A DNA stretch of 46,815 bases from Verrucomicrobiota bacterium (GTDB lineage: Bacteria; Verrucomicrobiota; Verrucomicrobiia; Limisphaerales; UBA9464): NCBI GenBank assembly GCA_043788645.1, contig JAYVTS010000253.1, positions 1 to 46,815 of the forward strand, given 5' to 3'. The notes under the pieces were generated by a model that saw only the letters and a list, made by a program, of their open reading frames with translations, had not been told where the DNA came from and searched no databases. Made by a program: the position numbers and the translations under genes. Of the stretch, positions 1 to 8,574 are shown piece after piece (the first letter of the stretch is position 1; each line of letters starts with the position of its first letter).

Positions 1-1641
1 GCCTTATTAGGGGTTGTCGGGGCTTTTGGTGGTCGATTGATCTGGCGGAAGTTAAGAGTTCAGCGTGCGCAACACCAGGCGGCGATTGCTGAACAGTGCA
101 TCAAAGAACATCGGTTTGCGGACGCTCAGCGGGCGATTCGGACCGCGATTCAAATGGGGCCAAATGATCCCCAAGTTCTTCGGACCACCGCGCGTTGGTG
201 TACGCTCGCGGGTCGGCCCGAGGGGCTTAGTTATTGGGAACATTTATTCGTCGTCTCACCTCCCTCGCTCTCGGAACGTTTGGAGCAATTGGATTTTGCG
301 CTGGCGCTCAATCGTCTCGATGTCAGCAAGAATCTTCTGAAGTCCCTATTGAAAATTGAGCCGAAGAATCGTGAGGTCACACTGCGAGTGCTGCGACATA
401 ATACCCTGAGTGCCGAGCCCGGCTCAGCGATTGCGGCGGCGCGAACGGCCGTGGCCCTGTTTCCCTTGGATGAACAATTCCAGCTCAGTTTGGGCAGCCA
501 ACTGCTGAAACAAACGAACCAGGGGTTCCGCGCCGAAGGGCGCCGCTTGCTTTGGAACGTCGGGTTGGGGTCTAGCCTCTGGCGCGATGCGGCCGTGGAC
601 GCTTTGGTGGATACTAAGGCCTTGGACCGCGGAGATCGTGAGTTGCTGATCCATACCCTTGAAAAACGTGAACCCAGCGGACTCCATAATCATCTCAAGG
701 CCTGTGAACTGCGCCTCAGTCTGGTTTCGGGCCAGCCGGAACGGGAACGACTGTGGGAACAGGCGGAGCAATTGGTCGATCAGTTTTCCGGTGTAACGAA
801 TCAGCTGATTTTGGCTCGGTGGCTGGTCGTGAACGGCGAAACCAATCGAGCCCTCCATCTGCTTCCTCGCCAGTCGATCGGGACCAATGAGGCGGTCGCG
901 TTTTCTACGCTCGAAATTTTGCTGCGATGGGGCACCGTCGACGAGACTCGTGCGCTGCTGGCCCAAAAACCACAGGCTCTGCCGTCTGCCGTCCAAGAAG
1001 CCGTCGAAGGAATTCTTGCAGGTCGTCAGGGCAAATCATCCGAGGTCGCCGGACATTTTGTCAATGCTCTTCAACAGGCAGGGCGACAACCAGGATTGCT
1101 CTTCCAGGTCGCGGCGCTGGCTGAACTCGGGGGTCAACCGTTGCCCGCCGTGGACGCGCTCACTCGCCTCGCCGAAATCAATCCATCGCTCACCGTGCAA
1201 TGCTGTCGGCGTTCCCTCGCTCTCGTTCGCACCCTGGACGACCTCACCACGGCACGCCGCACCGTGGATCGGCTGGCGGACTTCTTGCCGGGTGAAGATT
1301 CGGTGAACTTAGAACGAGCGTGGTTAGACCTCTTATTTAATGACCGAATCGAAGCCTCGGTGAAAGTATTAGAGCGGCTGTCAGAACCGGGTCCCTGGGC
1401 GGAGCAGGCGCGTTTTGGGCTGGCTTTGGCTGAACTCCGCCAGGGAAAGGCGGCTAGTGCCTTGAGTCGGATTGAAACCTCAGCCGTGGAATCTGACCAT
1501 TTATCGCCCCGACTGCAGGCCGTGTATGCCGCGGTTTTGTTGGCCAATGACCAGCGCGAACCCGCTCGTCGAGTCGCCCAACAGATCCCGATTCGTTCCT
1601 TGCGCAGTCAAGAACGAGACCTGATCGCTCGCCTTCTTTAA
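1..1641 (+). CDS. Membrane-anchored tetratricopeptide-repeat (TPR) protein, 5' end probably outside window
   Basis: Frame is open from base 1 (ALLGVVGAFGGRLIWRK, tail of a TM helix); Ala/Leu-rich helical repeats with TPR-like spacing. Confidence 0.7.
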   Translation, partial: ALLGVVGAFGGRLIWRKLRVQRAQHQAAIAEQCIKEHRFADAQRAIRTAIQMGPNDPQVLRTTARWCTLAGRPEGLSYWEHLFVVSPPSLSERLEQLDFALALNRLDVSKNLLKSLLKIEPKNREVTLRVLRHNTLSAEPGSAIAAARTAVALFPLDEQFQLSLGSQLLKQTNQGFRAEGRRLLWNVGLGSSLWRDAAVDALVDTKALDRGDRELLIHTLEKREPSGLHNHLKACELRLSLVSGQPERERLWEQAEQLVDQFSGVTNQLILARWLVVNGETNRALHLLPRQSIGTNEAVAFSTLEILLRWGTVDETRALLAQKPQALPSAVQEAVEGILAGRQGKSSEVAGHFVNALQQAGRQPGLLFQVAALAELGGQPLPAVDALTRLAEINPSLTVQCCRRSLALVRTLDDLTTARRTVDRLADFLPGEDSVNLERAWLDLLFNDRIEASVKVLERLSEPGPWAEQARFGLALAELRQGKAASALSRIETSAVESDHLSPRLQAVYAAVLLANDQREPARRVAQQIPIRSLRSQERDLIARLL

Positions 1642-1668
1642 GGGGGGGGCCAGCTCAGAATTCCCCCC

Positions 1669-4191
1669 ATGCGCCGCCCGCTTTTGCTGCCCACCTTGCT
1701 AGGGGTGGGTGGGATTATCCTGGCGGAACAATCCGCAATCCCTTGGAAATATTGGTTGTGGGCATCGGTGATCCTGTTGTTGGTCGGCTGGGGTCCGACT
1801 CGGTGGCGGGCAGTTTGGCTGAGCACCGCGTGCCTCACGCTCGGCGGATTGGCCCATCAACTTGATCAAACCAGTTTTTCACTCGCGGACTTGCGGGAGC
1901 TCACCGCTCGGACGGCCCGCCTTGGGACGATTCGTGGCCGGATCGCCGAAACTCCCGCGCTGCGCCTGACCGAACGTCGCGGTGAATTGGCGGCTCATTC
2001 CTCCGTACTGGTGGACGTTTCGGCTTGGCAGCCGCAACGAGGGCTCTGGGTTCCAGCGACCGGTTCAATTCTTTTGACGCTCCGGGCGCCTCTACCCCTG
2101 ACGGCTTTCCGTGGGCGGGAACTCGAAGCGTTCGGAACGTTCAAGGCGCCCGCGGGTCCCGAGGCACCGGGTCTCTTTGACTACGCGACCTTTCTCCGTC
2201 GGCAAAACGTCCACCGTCTGGTGCTCGTTGAAAAAACCAACGAGATTCAGCTCTTGCCCACCTCATCCAGGCCGCCCTGGAGCGAGCGATTCCTGCCCTG
2301 GGCTCACACCGTCCTGGCCCGGGGTGTTCCCGATGATGAGTCGGCGCGATTGCTCCGAGCGATGACGCTTGGGTGGAAAACTCCGCTTACGGGTGAGGTG
2401 GATGATGTTTTCATGCGGGCGGGCACGATGCATGTCTTTGCGATCAGCGGCCTCCATATTGCGCTCCTCACTGGGATGTTGGTGCAATTGTTTCGGGCCG
2501 GGCGACTGGATCGTCGCTGGGCCGGCGTGATCGCCGTGCCGCTGACCTGGGCGTATGTCGCGGCCACCGGATGGCAACCCTCCGCCGTTCGTTCCGCGGT
2601 CATGGCGAGTGTCGTGGTGGGGGGCTGGATGCTACGGCGCCCTGGCGATTTGCTCAATTCATTGGCGGGCGCTGCGGCGCTCTTGTTGATCTTAGAACCT
2701 GGACAATTATTTCAGAGTGGATTCCAACTTTCGTTTGGAGCAGTTGGAGGTCTCGCCCTTCTCGTGCCGCCGCTCGAAAATCGCCTACTTGGGTGGTGCG
2801 AAATGGATCCGTTAATGCCCGCCGAACTCCGCCCCCCATGGCAACAACGCGTCGGGAGCGTATTGCGTTTCTTCGCACTCGATTTTTCTGTGGGGCTTGC
2901 GGCGCTCTTGGTATCTCTGCCAATGACTGTCCATCATTTTAATTTGGTGAGCCCCGTCAGTCTCTTGGCGAATCTAATTGCGGTTCCCCTCAGTAGCCTC
3001 GCACTGGCCGCCACGGTTACGTCGCTGGCGATCGCGCCGTTTTCGTCGGGACTTTCGGAGCTGTTCAATGCGAGTGGTTGGCTCTGGATGTCGTGGATGA
3101 CGGCTCTCAGTCGTTGGTTCGCTGCGTGGCCAGGGGGATGGTGGTCCGTGGCCGCCCCGGGCTGGTATTGGTGGTGCGGTTGGTATGCCGGCCTCGCCTG
3201 GTGGGTCCGTTGGGAAAGTAGACATCGAACCTTGCCAGGCTCGGTCTTTGCTTCGAGGTGGCTCAATCGGGGGTTGGGTGGAGCCGTTACGCTCTGGGCC
3301 GTAGCCGCGGGAATCTGTTGGGGGACTTACCGGCGGACCCCTCGTCTCTTTATCTTCCGAAGCGAGCCGGGCCTGGTGCTTGAAATGGTCGATGCCACAA
3401 CCTTGATCGACGGTGGGCGCATGGGTACTGGACGACGAATCGTCGGTCCGTTCCTTCGTGCCCAGGGGCATAACCAGCTCGATCACCACTGGGTTACCCA
3501 AGGGGTGCAGCGATTCTGCGGGCTCGGTTCTGAACTGTTGCTGGACCTCCCGCCGCATGAAGTCTTTGTGCCAGCATCGGCTCATTCGCGTCAGCCGCTC
3601 TTACGTCGCTATTTGAGTGCCTTGGAGAATTCTCACATCGCCGTACGTTCCTTGGCGGCGGGCCAACAGATAGGGCATTGGACTGTTTTATCTCCTGACT
3701 CCGAGAATGGATTGGCGAAAGCCGTGAAGGCAGCGGATCAAGCCATGGTGTTACGGGGCGACGTTTCGGGAGTCAAGGTCCTCTGGCTCGGCGGTGCTAG
3801 TCCCGCGGTATTGCGCACGCTCCTGCGTGCGCCGGAACGTCTCCGAGCGGATCTTGTGGTCGCAGCAGCGGTGTCGGGGATCGAACCGTTGCCTGAAGAG
3901 ATATTGAAGGCAATCGGTCCGAAGCTGGCCGTGGTGATGACTGCGCCGTTTCCGGCCGCGGCCCAACTTTCGTCCGCTGCTCGCGAGCGACTTCATCATT
4001 CCGAGTATCGGGTTTTGTTGACGGATGAATCCGGGGGCGTAGCGGTTGAGTTTAATGTCGGCGAAATGCGCTGGAAAACTTACGGCGCAGAGGGTCCATT
4101 AAACCCCAAACCCGCGCCCAACTCCGAAGGGCACGATTTGGATCCGGACGGGGTTTTCAATATTGAAACCGACCCTGGAGATAGGCGTTAG
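1669..4191 (+). CDS. comEC: ComEC/Rec2 competence DNA-uptake membrane protein
   Basis: GTMHVFAISGLHI, PSAVRSAVM and GFQLSF Competence-domain motifs; N-terminal OB-like region; degenerate C-terminal metallo-beta-lactamase-like region. Confidence 0.92.
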   Translation: MRRPLLLPTLLGVGGIILAEQSAIPWKYWLWASVILLLVGWGPTRWRAVWLSTACLTLGGLAHQLDQTSFSLADLRELTARTARLGTIRGRIAETPALRLTERRGELAAHSSVLVDVSAWQPQRGLWVPATGSILLTLRAPLPLTAFRGRELEAFGTFKAPAGPEAPGLFDYATFLRRQNVHRLVLVEKTNEIQLLPTSSRPPWSERFLPWAHTVLARGVPDDESARLLRAMTLGWKTPLTGEVDDVFMRAGTMHVFAISGLHIALLTGMLVQLFRAGRLDRRWAGVIAVPLTWAYVAATGWQPSAVRSAVMASVVVGGWMLRRPGDLLNSLAGAAALLLILEPGQLFQSGFQLSFGAVGGLALLVPPLENRLLGWCEMDPLMPAELRPPWQQRVGSVLRFFALDFSVGLAALLVSLPMTVHHFNLVSPVSLLANLIAVPLSSLALAATVTSLAIAPFSSGLSELFNASGWLWMSWMTALSRWFAAWPGGWWSVAAPGWYWWCGWYAGLAWWVRWESRHRTLPGSVFASRWLNRGLGGAVTLWAVAAGICWGTYRRTPRLFIFRSEPGLVLEMVDATTLIDGGRMGTGRRIVGPFLRAQGHNQLDHHWVTQGVQRFCGLGSELLLDLPPHEVFVPASAHSRQPLLRRYLSALENSHIAVRSLAAGQQIGHWTVLSPDSENGLAKAVKAADQAMVLRGDVSGVKVLWLGGASPAVLRTLLRAPERLRADLVVAAAVSGIEPLPEEILKAIGPKLAVVMTAPFPAAAQLSSAARERLHHSEYRVLLTDESGGVAVEFNVGEMRWKTYGAEGPLNPKPAPNSEGHDLDPDGVFNIETDPGDRR

Positions 4192-4339
4192 AGTGCGGAG
4201 TCGGCTGGTTTTTCACTTCCGCCAATTCCAACACAGACCGAACTTTCACAGACTCTCGATCCACCCCGGCCCACTTGAGTGGGCTTGGCGGAGCGAGACT
4301 CCCGGCTCATCCTTACCCACAAATAGTGGGATCTTACAT

Positions 4340-6559
4340 CTATTCGTTTAGTTGTTGTAACGCTTCCACCACTCGCTCAGCCTCCAAGCCCGGCGGCGAT
4401 TGGGCTAAGATCCATTCGAAATCCTCGCGGGTACCCGCCACGTCCCCAGTGCGCAAACGGGCTTCGGCTCGCTCCCAACGTTGTTTTGCTTCAGCGCGCA
4501 CGTCGCCCGCTACCGCTACTAACAAATCAAGGTAGGGGAGGGTCGCGGCCCGACTGCCCGCACGTTCGGCGTAGGTGGCCAAATTACCGAGCATCCGCAC
4601 GATAATCGCGCGTTTTGAAGCCGGTTCGATCAACTCGCTGCGCACCGGCATTCCCAACGCCTGACTTCCCAAGACGTCGGCTTCGTCGTGAGTCAGGGTC
4701 CGCCCACCCTCAAAAATGTCTAACAGCACCTCGCTGCCATCCGTCGGCCGATATTTCACTAAGAAATGCCCCGGTAACGGCACCCCGCGGACCGATTCCA
4801 AACCAATTCGGGCGGCCAATTCCAAGAACACAATGCTGAGCGTGATCGGTAAGCCCTCGCGATCGTCGAGGACGTCGTTCAAATAAGAATTCGCAGGATT
4901 TTCAAAGTCATGCCGACTGCCATGAAACCCATTTTCCGCAAAAAGAAATTCCCGAAGCATCCGCAATCGTTCCTCCGGTCCGGCCGTCGCCGGTAACCGC
5001 CCCCGCAATTCCTGCGCTAAGCCCTCAAATAGAGTTCGGTAAGCGTCCACATCGAGTTCCGGTTGATCATGTCGCGCCAGCAGGAGGGCACAGTAAACCA
5101 AATCCACCGCCTGATCCGGGCGCTGGAGGGCCGCGACCAGCTCGTCTCGCACCTGCTCCCGATGAGCGCGCACCCCCAGTGCGCGCAACCGACCCGCCTC
5201 AAGCTCCAATTCGCGAGCTCGGCGAGCCAGTTCCGTCCGAGCCGGAATTAAATTGGTTTTGATGGCCGGCAATAAATCCGCCTCCGTCCACCGCACCGGC
5301 CGCGCGTCGCCCAAAGCGACCACCACATCGATCGGCAACCCCGCCGTGTTGCTCCCATTAGTCCGCACCGCGAAATCTCTAAATTGGGCGGAAGTATCCC
5401 GAAATTTTACCAAACCCAGTCGCGGTCCATAACCATTCTTCAAATCCATATCGTAAACGACGACCTCGTTGACCGCACACTCCACCCGTCCGGCAGCCAC
5501 TCGAACCCGGAGCCAATTCCAATCACCGGGCCGATATCCGGTCACCGGTTTGGTCCCCACAATTCGCCAGGAAAACACGTCCGATCCGGCAAATTCCGTC
5601 AGCCGCAACTGCCCGCCCGTCGGATAGAAACCGTATTGTCGATCTCCTCCGTCTCCCGCAAAAATTAAACCGGCGGCGCCCGACTCATCCGCGAGCCGCA
5701 CTCGTACGCTGACTTCATAAGTCGAGCCCGAGGCGGGCTCAGTCCGATATAATAGAGCGCGTCCGCCGAACCCGGTCCCAATCCCTTCCACTAATATCCG
5801 TCCTCCCTTCTGCCGCCATTGTCCGCCCAGCCACGGTTCCCAGATGCCGACGGGTACCTCCCCCAATTGTAGCCACCGCGCAAAGGCCATCGGGTTGGGC
5901 CGGGCCAATAGCGGTTTCAGCCGCGAAACCGGCGTGGCGAAACCGAGATTTCGTGTCAAGGCCGACTTGGCGTTCACTAATCCCACGACCTGTCCTTCCC
6001 GGTCTAGCACCGGACCGCCCGAGTTGCCGGGTTCGATCGGAATCGCCAGCTGCAAGACCTCCACGCCCTCGATTTCCCGCCGCGCCGACAAAACTCCTTC
6101 CACCACACTCCGTTCGAAGCCGAGCGGATTTCCCATCGCCACCACCCCGGTGCCTTGAACCAACTTCGTGTCATCGCCCAAGACCAGCGGCACCATCGTG
6201 CTCGCGGCCACTCGCAAGACTGCCAAGTCGGTGAAGCGATCCCAAGCTTCCACCGCCAGGACCTCGGTCGTCGTCGAATTCGCTAATTTTACCGTCACCG
6301 CCCGGCCTTCGCCGATCACGTGCAGGCTTGTTGCGATCAGGTTTGAGCTAATCGCAAATCCGGTGCCCAATCCGCCATCCGCCCGCCCAGACCGCGCCGC
6401 GGTGCTCAAAGAAACCAATGAATGCTGCGCCATCGCCGCCAGCTCTTCGGTCGATTTGGCCGAGACCGAAACGGCCAGGAGGCCGAACCAAAGGCGCCAT
6501 CTAGCTTTCACGAATACGGATACGGCCTCCTGGCCCAGTCCATAAACCTCGCGCCTCAC
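4340..6559 (-). CDS. Trypsin-like serine protease fused to DUF1080-like beta-sandwich, SirB1/transglutaminase-like domain and TPR
   Basis: Triad motifs TSLHVI / TDLAVL / PGNSGGP; SirB1-type NSYLNDVLDDREGLPITL...LPGHFLV; hydrophobic signal-like N-terminus. Confidence 0.85.
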   Translation of the reverse strand: MRREVYGLGQEAVSVFVKARWRLWFGLLAVSVSAKSTEELAAMAQHSLVSLSTAARSGRADGGLGTGFAISSNLIATSLHVIGEGRAVTVKLANSTTTEVLAVEAWDRFTDLAVLRVAASTMVPLVLGDDTKLVQGTGVVAMGNPLGFERSVVEGVLSARREIEGVEVLQLAIPIEPGNSGGPVLDREGQVVGLVNAKSALTRNLGFATPVSRLKPLLARPNPMAFARWLQLGEVPVGIWEPWLGGQWRQKGGRILVEGIGTGFGGRALLYRTEPASGSTYEVSVRVRLADESGAAGLIFAGDGGDRQYGFYPTGGQLRLTEFAGSDVFSWRIVGTKPVTGYRPGDWNWLRVRVAAGRVECAVNEVVVYDMDLKNGYGPRLGLVKFRDTSAQFRDFAVRTNGSNTAGLPIDVVVALGDARPVRWTEADLLPAIKTNLIPARTELARRARELELEAGRLRALGVRAHREQVRDELVAALQRPDQAVDLVYCALLLARHDQPELDVDAYRTLFEGLAQELRGRLPATAGPEERLRMLREFLFAENGFHGSRHDFENPANSYLNDVLDDREGLPITLSIVFLELAARIGLESVRGVPLPGHFLVKYRPTDGSEVLLDIFEGGRTLTHDEADVLGSQALGMPVRSELIEPASKRAIIVRMLGNLATYAERAGSRAATLPYLDLLVAVAGDVRAEAKQRWERAEARLRTGDVAGTREDFEWILAQSPPGLEAERVVEALQQLNE

Positions 6560-6996
6560 GGAGCGACGTTGATCGAATTTCCTCGGATCAAATTGGTCCC
6601 GGTCTGGGGAGCGAGGGCGGTGACCGCCTTGGTCGGCCGCGCGACGGAAACGATTGGCCGAGAGAACGGCACCGCGAACGGGCGTCTGGGCACGGGCTGG
6701 ACGGCGATTGGTTGGGCCATGGGCGCCGCCCCCGCATTGCCGACGCTGGGCGCTGGCCCGCCTGCCGCCAACGGCGTCTGACCGGGCAACAGCATTGCGG
6801 CGGCCGCCGAAGGCTGCGGACTGAACACCGTCGCGCCGTTGTTGCCCGCTACGGTCGGCGCGGCCGCGGTACCGGGAACTCCTCCCATCACGGTACGCCG
6901 GGTCACCGCGGTCATTCCGATCGCGCTGGCTCCGTCCGCCAGGCCTAGCAATAGCCCGGCGACGCCCACGAGTAACCAGCGAGGTTGAGAATTCAT
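6556..6996 (-). CDS. Small secreted Ala/Pro-rich hypothetical protein
   Basis: Signal peptide MNSQPRWLLVGVAGLLLGLADGASA; stop overlaps downstream GTG (GTGA). Confidence 0.55.
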   Translation of the reverse strand: MNSQPRWLLVGVAGLLLGLADGASAIGMTAVTRRTVMGGVPGTAAAPTVAGNNGATVFSPQPSAAAAMLLPGQTPLAAGGPAPSVGNAGAAPMAQPIAVQPVPRRPFAVPFSRPIVSVARPTKAVTALAPQTGTNLIRGNSINVAP

Positions 6997-7292
6997 TCCT
7001 TTGTAGTGCCCGGAAACGCGAGCCAAAGCAAGCCCGTTTCTTTCCAGCGCCTTCTTGACTGCGCCGTGCTAAACGGGTCGCTGGCCGCCTTGGAAAGTTG
7101 AGGCCTACGCTACTACCGGTTTGATCGGATCGTCATCCATCTCGTCAATTTGTAAATCTGGCCGCAATGCTCTTGCAAACAGTTTTCGATCAGGGTCGAT
7201 CATTGAAGCAGTATCTGGCATATTAGGCCGCAAGCTTTCAGGTAAAATAATGGCTCGGCTTGGCATTCCCCACCGCCAACCGGCCTTATGTT

Positions 7293-8255
7293 CTAGAGTG
7301 TACGACCGAGGATTAAACGGGCTAGTTCCACCATTGCACTAATGGTGCCGAGCGCGTTTCCTTCCAGTCGATTATTGACGTAGATAAAGGTTTTCCGGCG
7401 GGGTTCAGACCGCTGGCCCTCCACCAATAACTCTGCCCCGGCCTTCCGGGCGTCGTCGCTAATCTCACGGAGCAATTGGTAGGGTTGAAAGGTCTTCACT
7501 GCGTCCTCGTATTTCCGCCCTGGCTGAAGCAAGAACCGCGCGGCCACCAATTCGGGATTCGTCCGACTAGCCGGCAGCGCCATTTGGTCTGTCACCGAAG
7601 GCATCGCTTCCCACGAATTAAACACATGGGCGACCTGGTGACGGCGCAAGCACTCAAAGTATTCCGCGGTCAACCAGCCCCGATTCCGAAACTCAATCGC
7701 GTAGGGCCAACCCGCCGGCAACTGGCCCAAGAACCGGTCGAGGTCGGCCACAAAATCCCGTCCCTGGGCGTAGTCAGAGGGATAGAACCTCGAGAATTCA
7801 AACAGCACGACTCCGACAAAGCTGCGAATGGTGGCGCAGGGACCGAGGAAGGCCCGAGCGAACAAGTCCGCGTTAAGGAAATTTTCATTCACCGCCCCGG
7901 CCCGCGCCCCGAACCGGGCGAGATGAGGAAATTTTTTTACCGTAATTTCGTCCGTCACCTTGAAACCGAAACGAAAATCAGCAGGCACCTGACCGACCAA
8001 GCCGGCTAGGTATTTTTCCGAAGGAAACGTGTAGTACGCCGCGTCAACGCACACCGTTTTGAAGACTTCAGCGTACTCGCTCAAGCAGTTCTTTTCAAAA
8101 CGGGACTCAGCCACCTTCCCCCGCCAAAGATATTTGGATTCATCATAGAGCAAACCGCGCCAACCGGGATACTTCCAGGACGAAGTGCCCACGTAAACGC
8201 CCAGCGCAGCCAATTCCTCAGCCGCCTGCTTCATTTTGAGTCGATCAAACAACAT
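7293..8255 (-). CDS. DUF72 (YecE-like) TIM-barrel protein
   Basis: VGTSSWKYPGW, LSEYAEVFKTVCVDAAYY, YAIEFRN and FIYVNN motifs. Confidence 0.9.
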   Translation of the reverse strand: MLFDRLKMKQAAEELAALGVYVGTSSWKYPGWRGLLYDESKYLWRGKVAESRFEKNCLSEYAEVFKTVCVDAAYYTFPSEKYLAGLVGQVPADFRFGFKVTDEITVKKFPHLARFGARAGAVNENFLNADLFARAFLGPCATIRSFVGVVLFEFSRFYPSDYAQGRDFVADLDRFLGQLPAGWPYAIEFRNRGWLTAEYFECLRRHQVAHVFNSWEAMPSVTDQMALPASRTNPELVAARFLLQPGRKYEDAVKTFQPYQLLREISDDARKAGAELLVEGQRSEPRRKTFIYVNNRLEGNALGTISAMVELARLILGRTL

Positions 8256-8436
8256 AGAACCGGCCGCTTCACGAGACGGGTGAAAGTCACCATCCGGGCT
8301 AGAGATCGTGGTCTTCGCATAACACCCATCAACAATTTGAACTGGGCGCCATTGAAATCACGACCGACCTCGCCGGAAGCAACTCACGGCTCGCGCTTAA
8401 ACCCTATCCCGAAGCGCATGGCGCCGACAATCCTTT

Positions 8437-8461
8437 TCCCATTTCCCATTTCCCATTTCCC
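8437..8461. repeat. Short heptamer tandem repeat (CCATTTC)x3
   Basis: ccccatttcccatttcccatttccc in intergenic region. Confidence 0.6.
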
Positions 8462-8574
8462 ACGGCAGCGGATTTCTCAACGCTTCGAGCCTGCCTCGTT
8501 CGAAGGCCTGAATAGGTTCGCAGCTCAAGCGCTCGGGCTCGACACCTCGCTAAACCCGTGCAACAACTTTGACC

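Noticed and set aside
7105-7221. 38-aa minus-strand ORF MPDTASMIDPDRKLFARALRPDLQIDEMDDDPIKPVVA
   Set aside because: Too short, no recognisable family; may be another relic but unsupported
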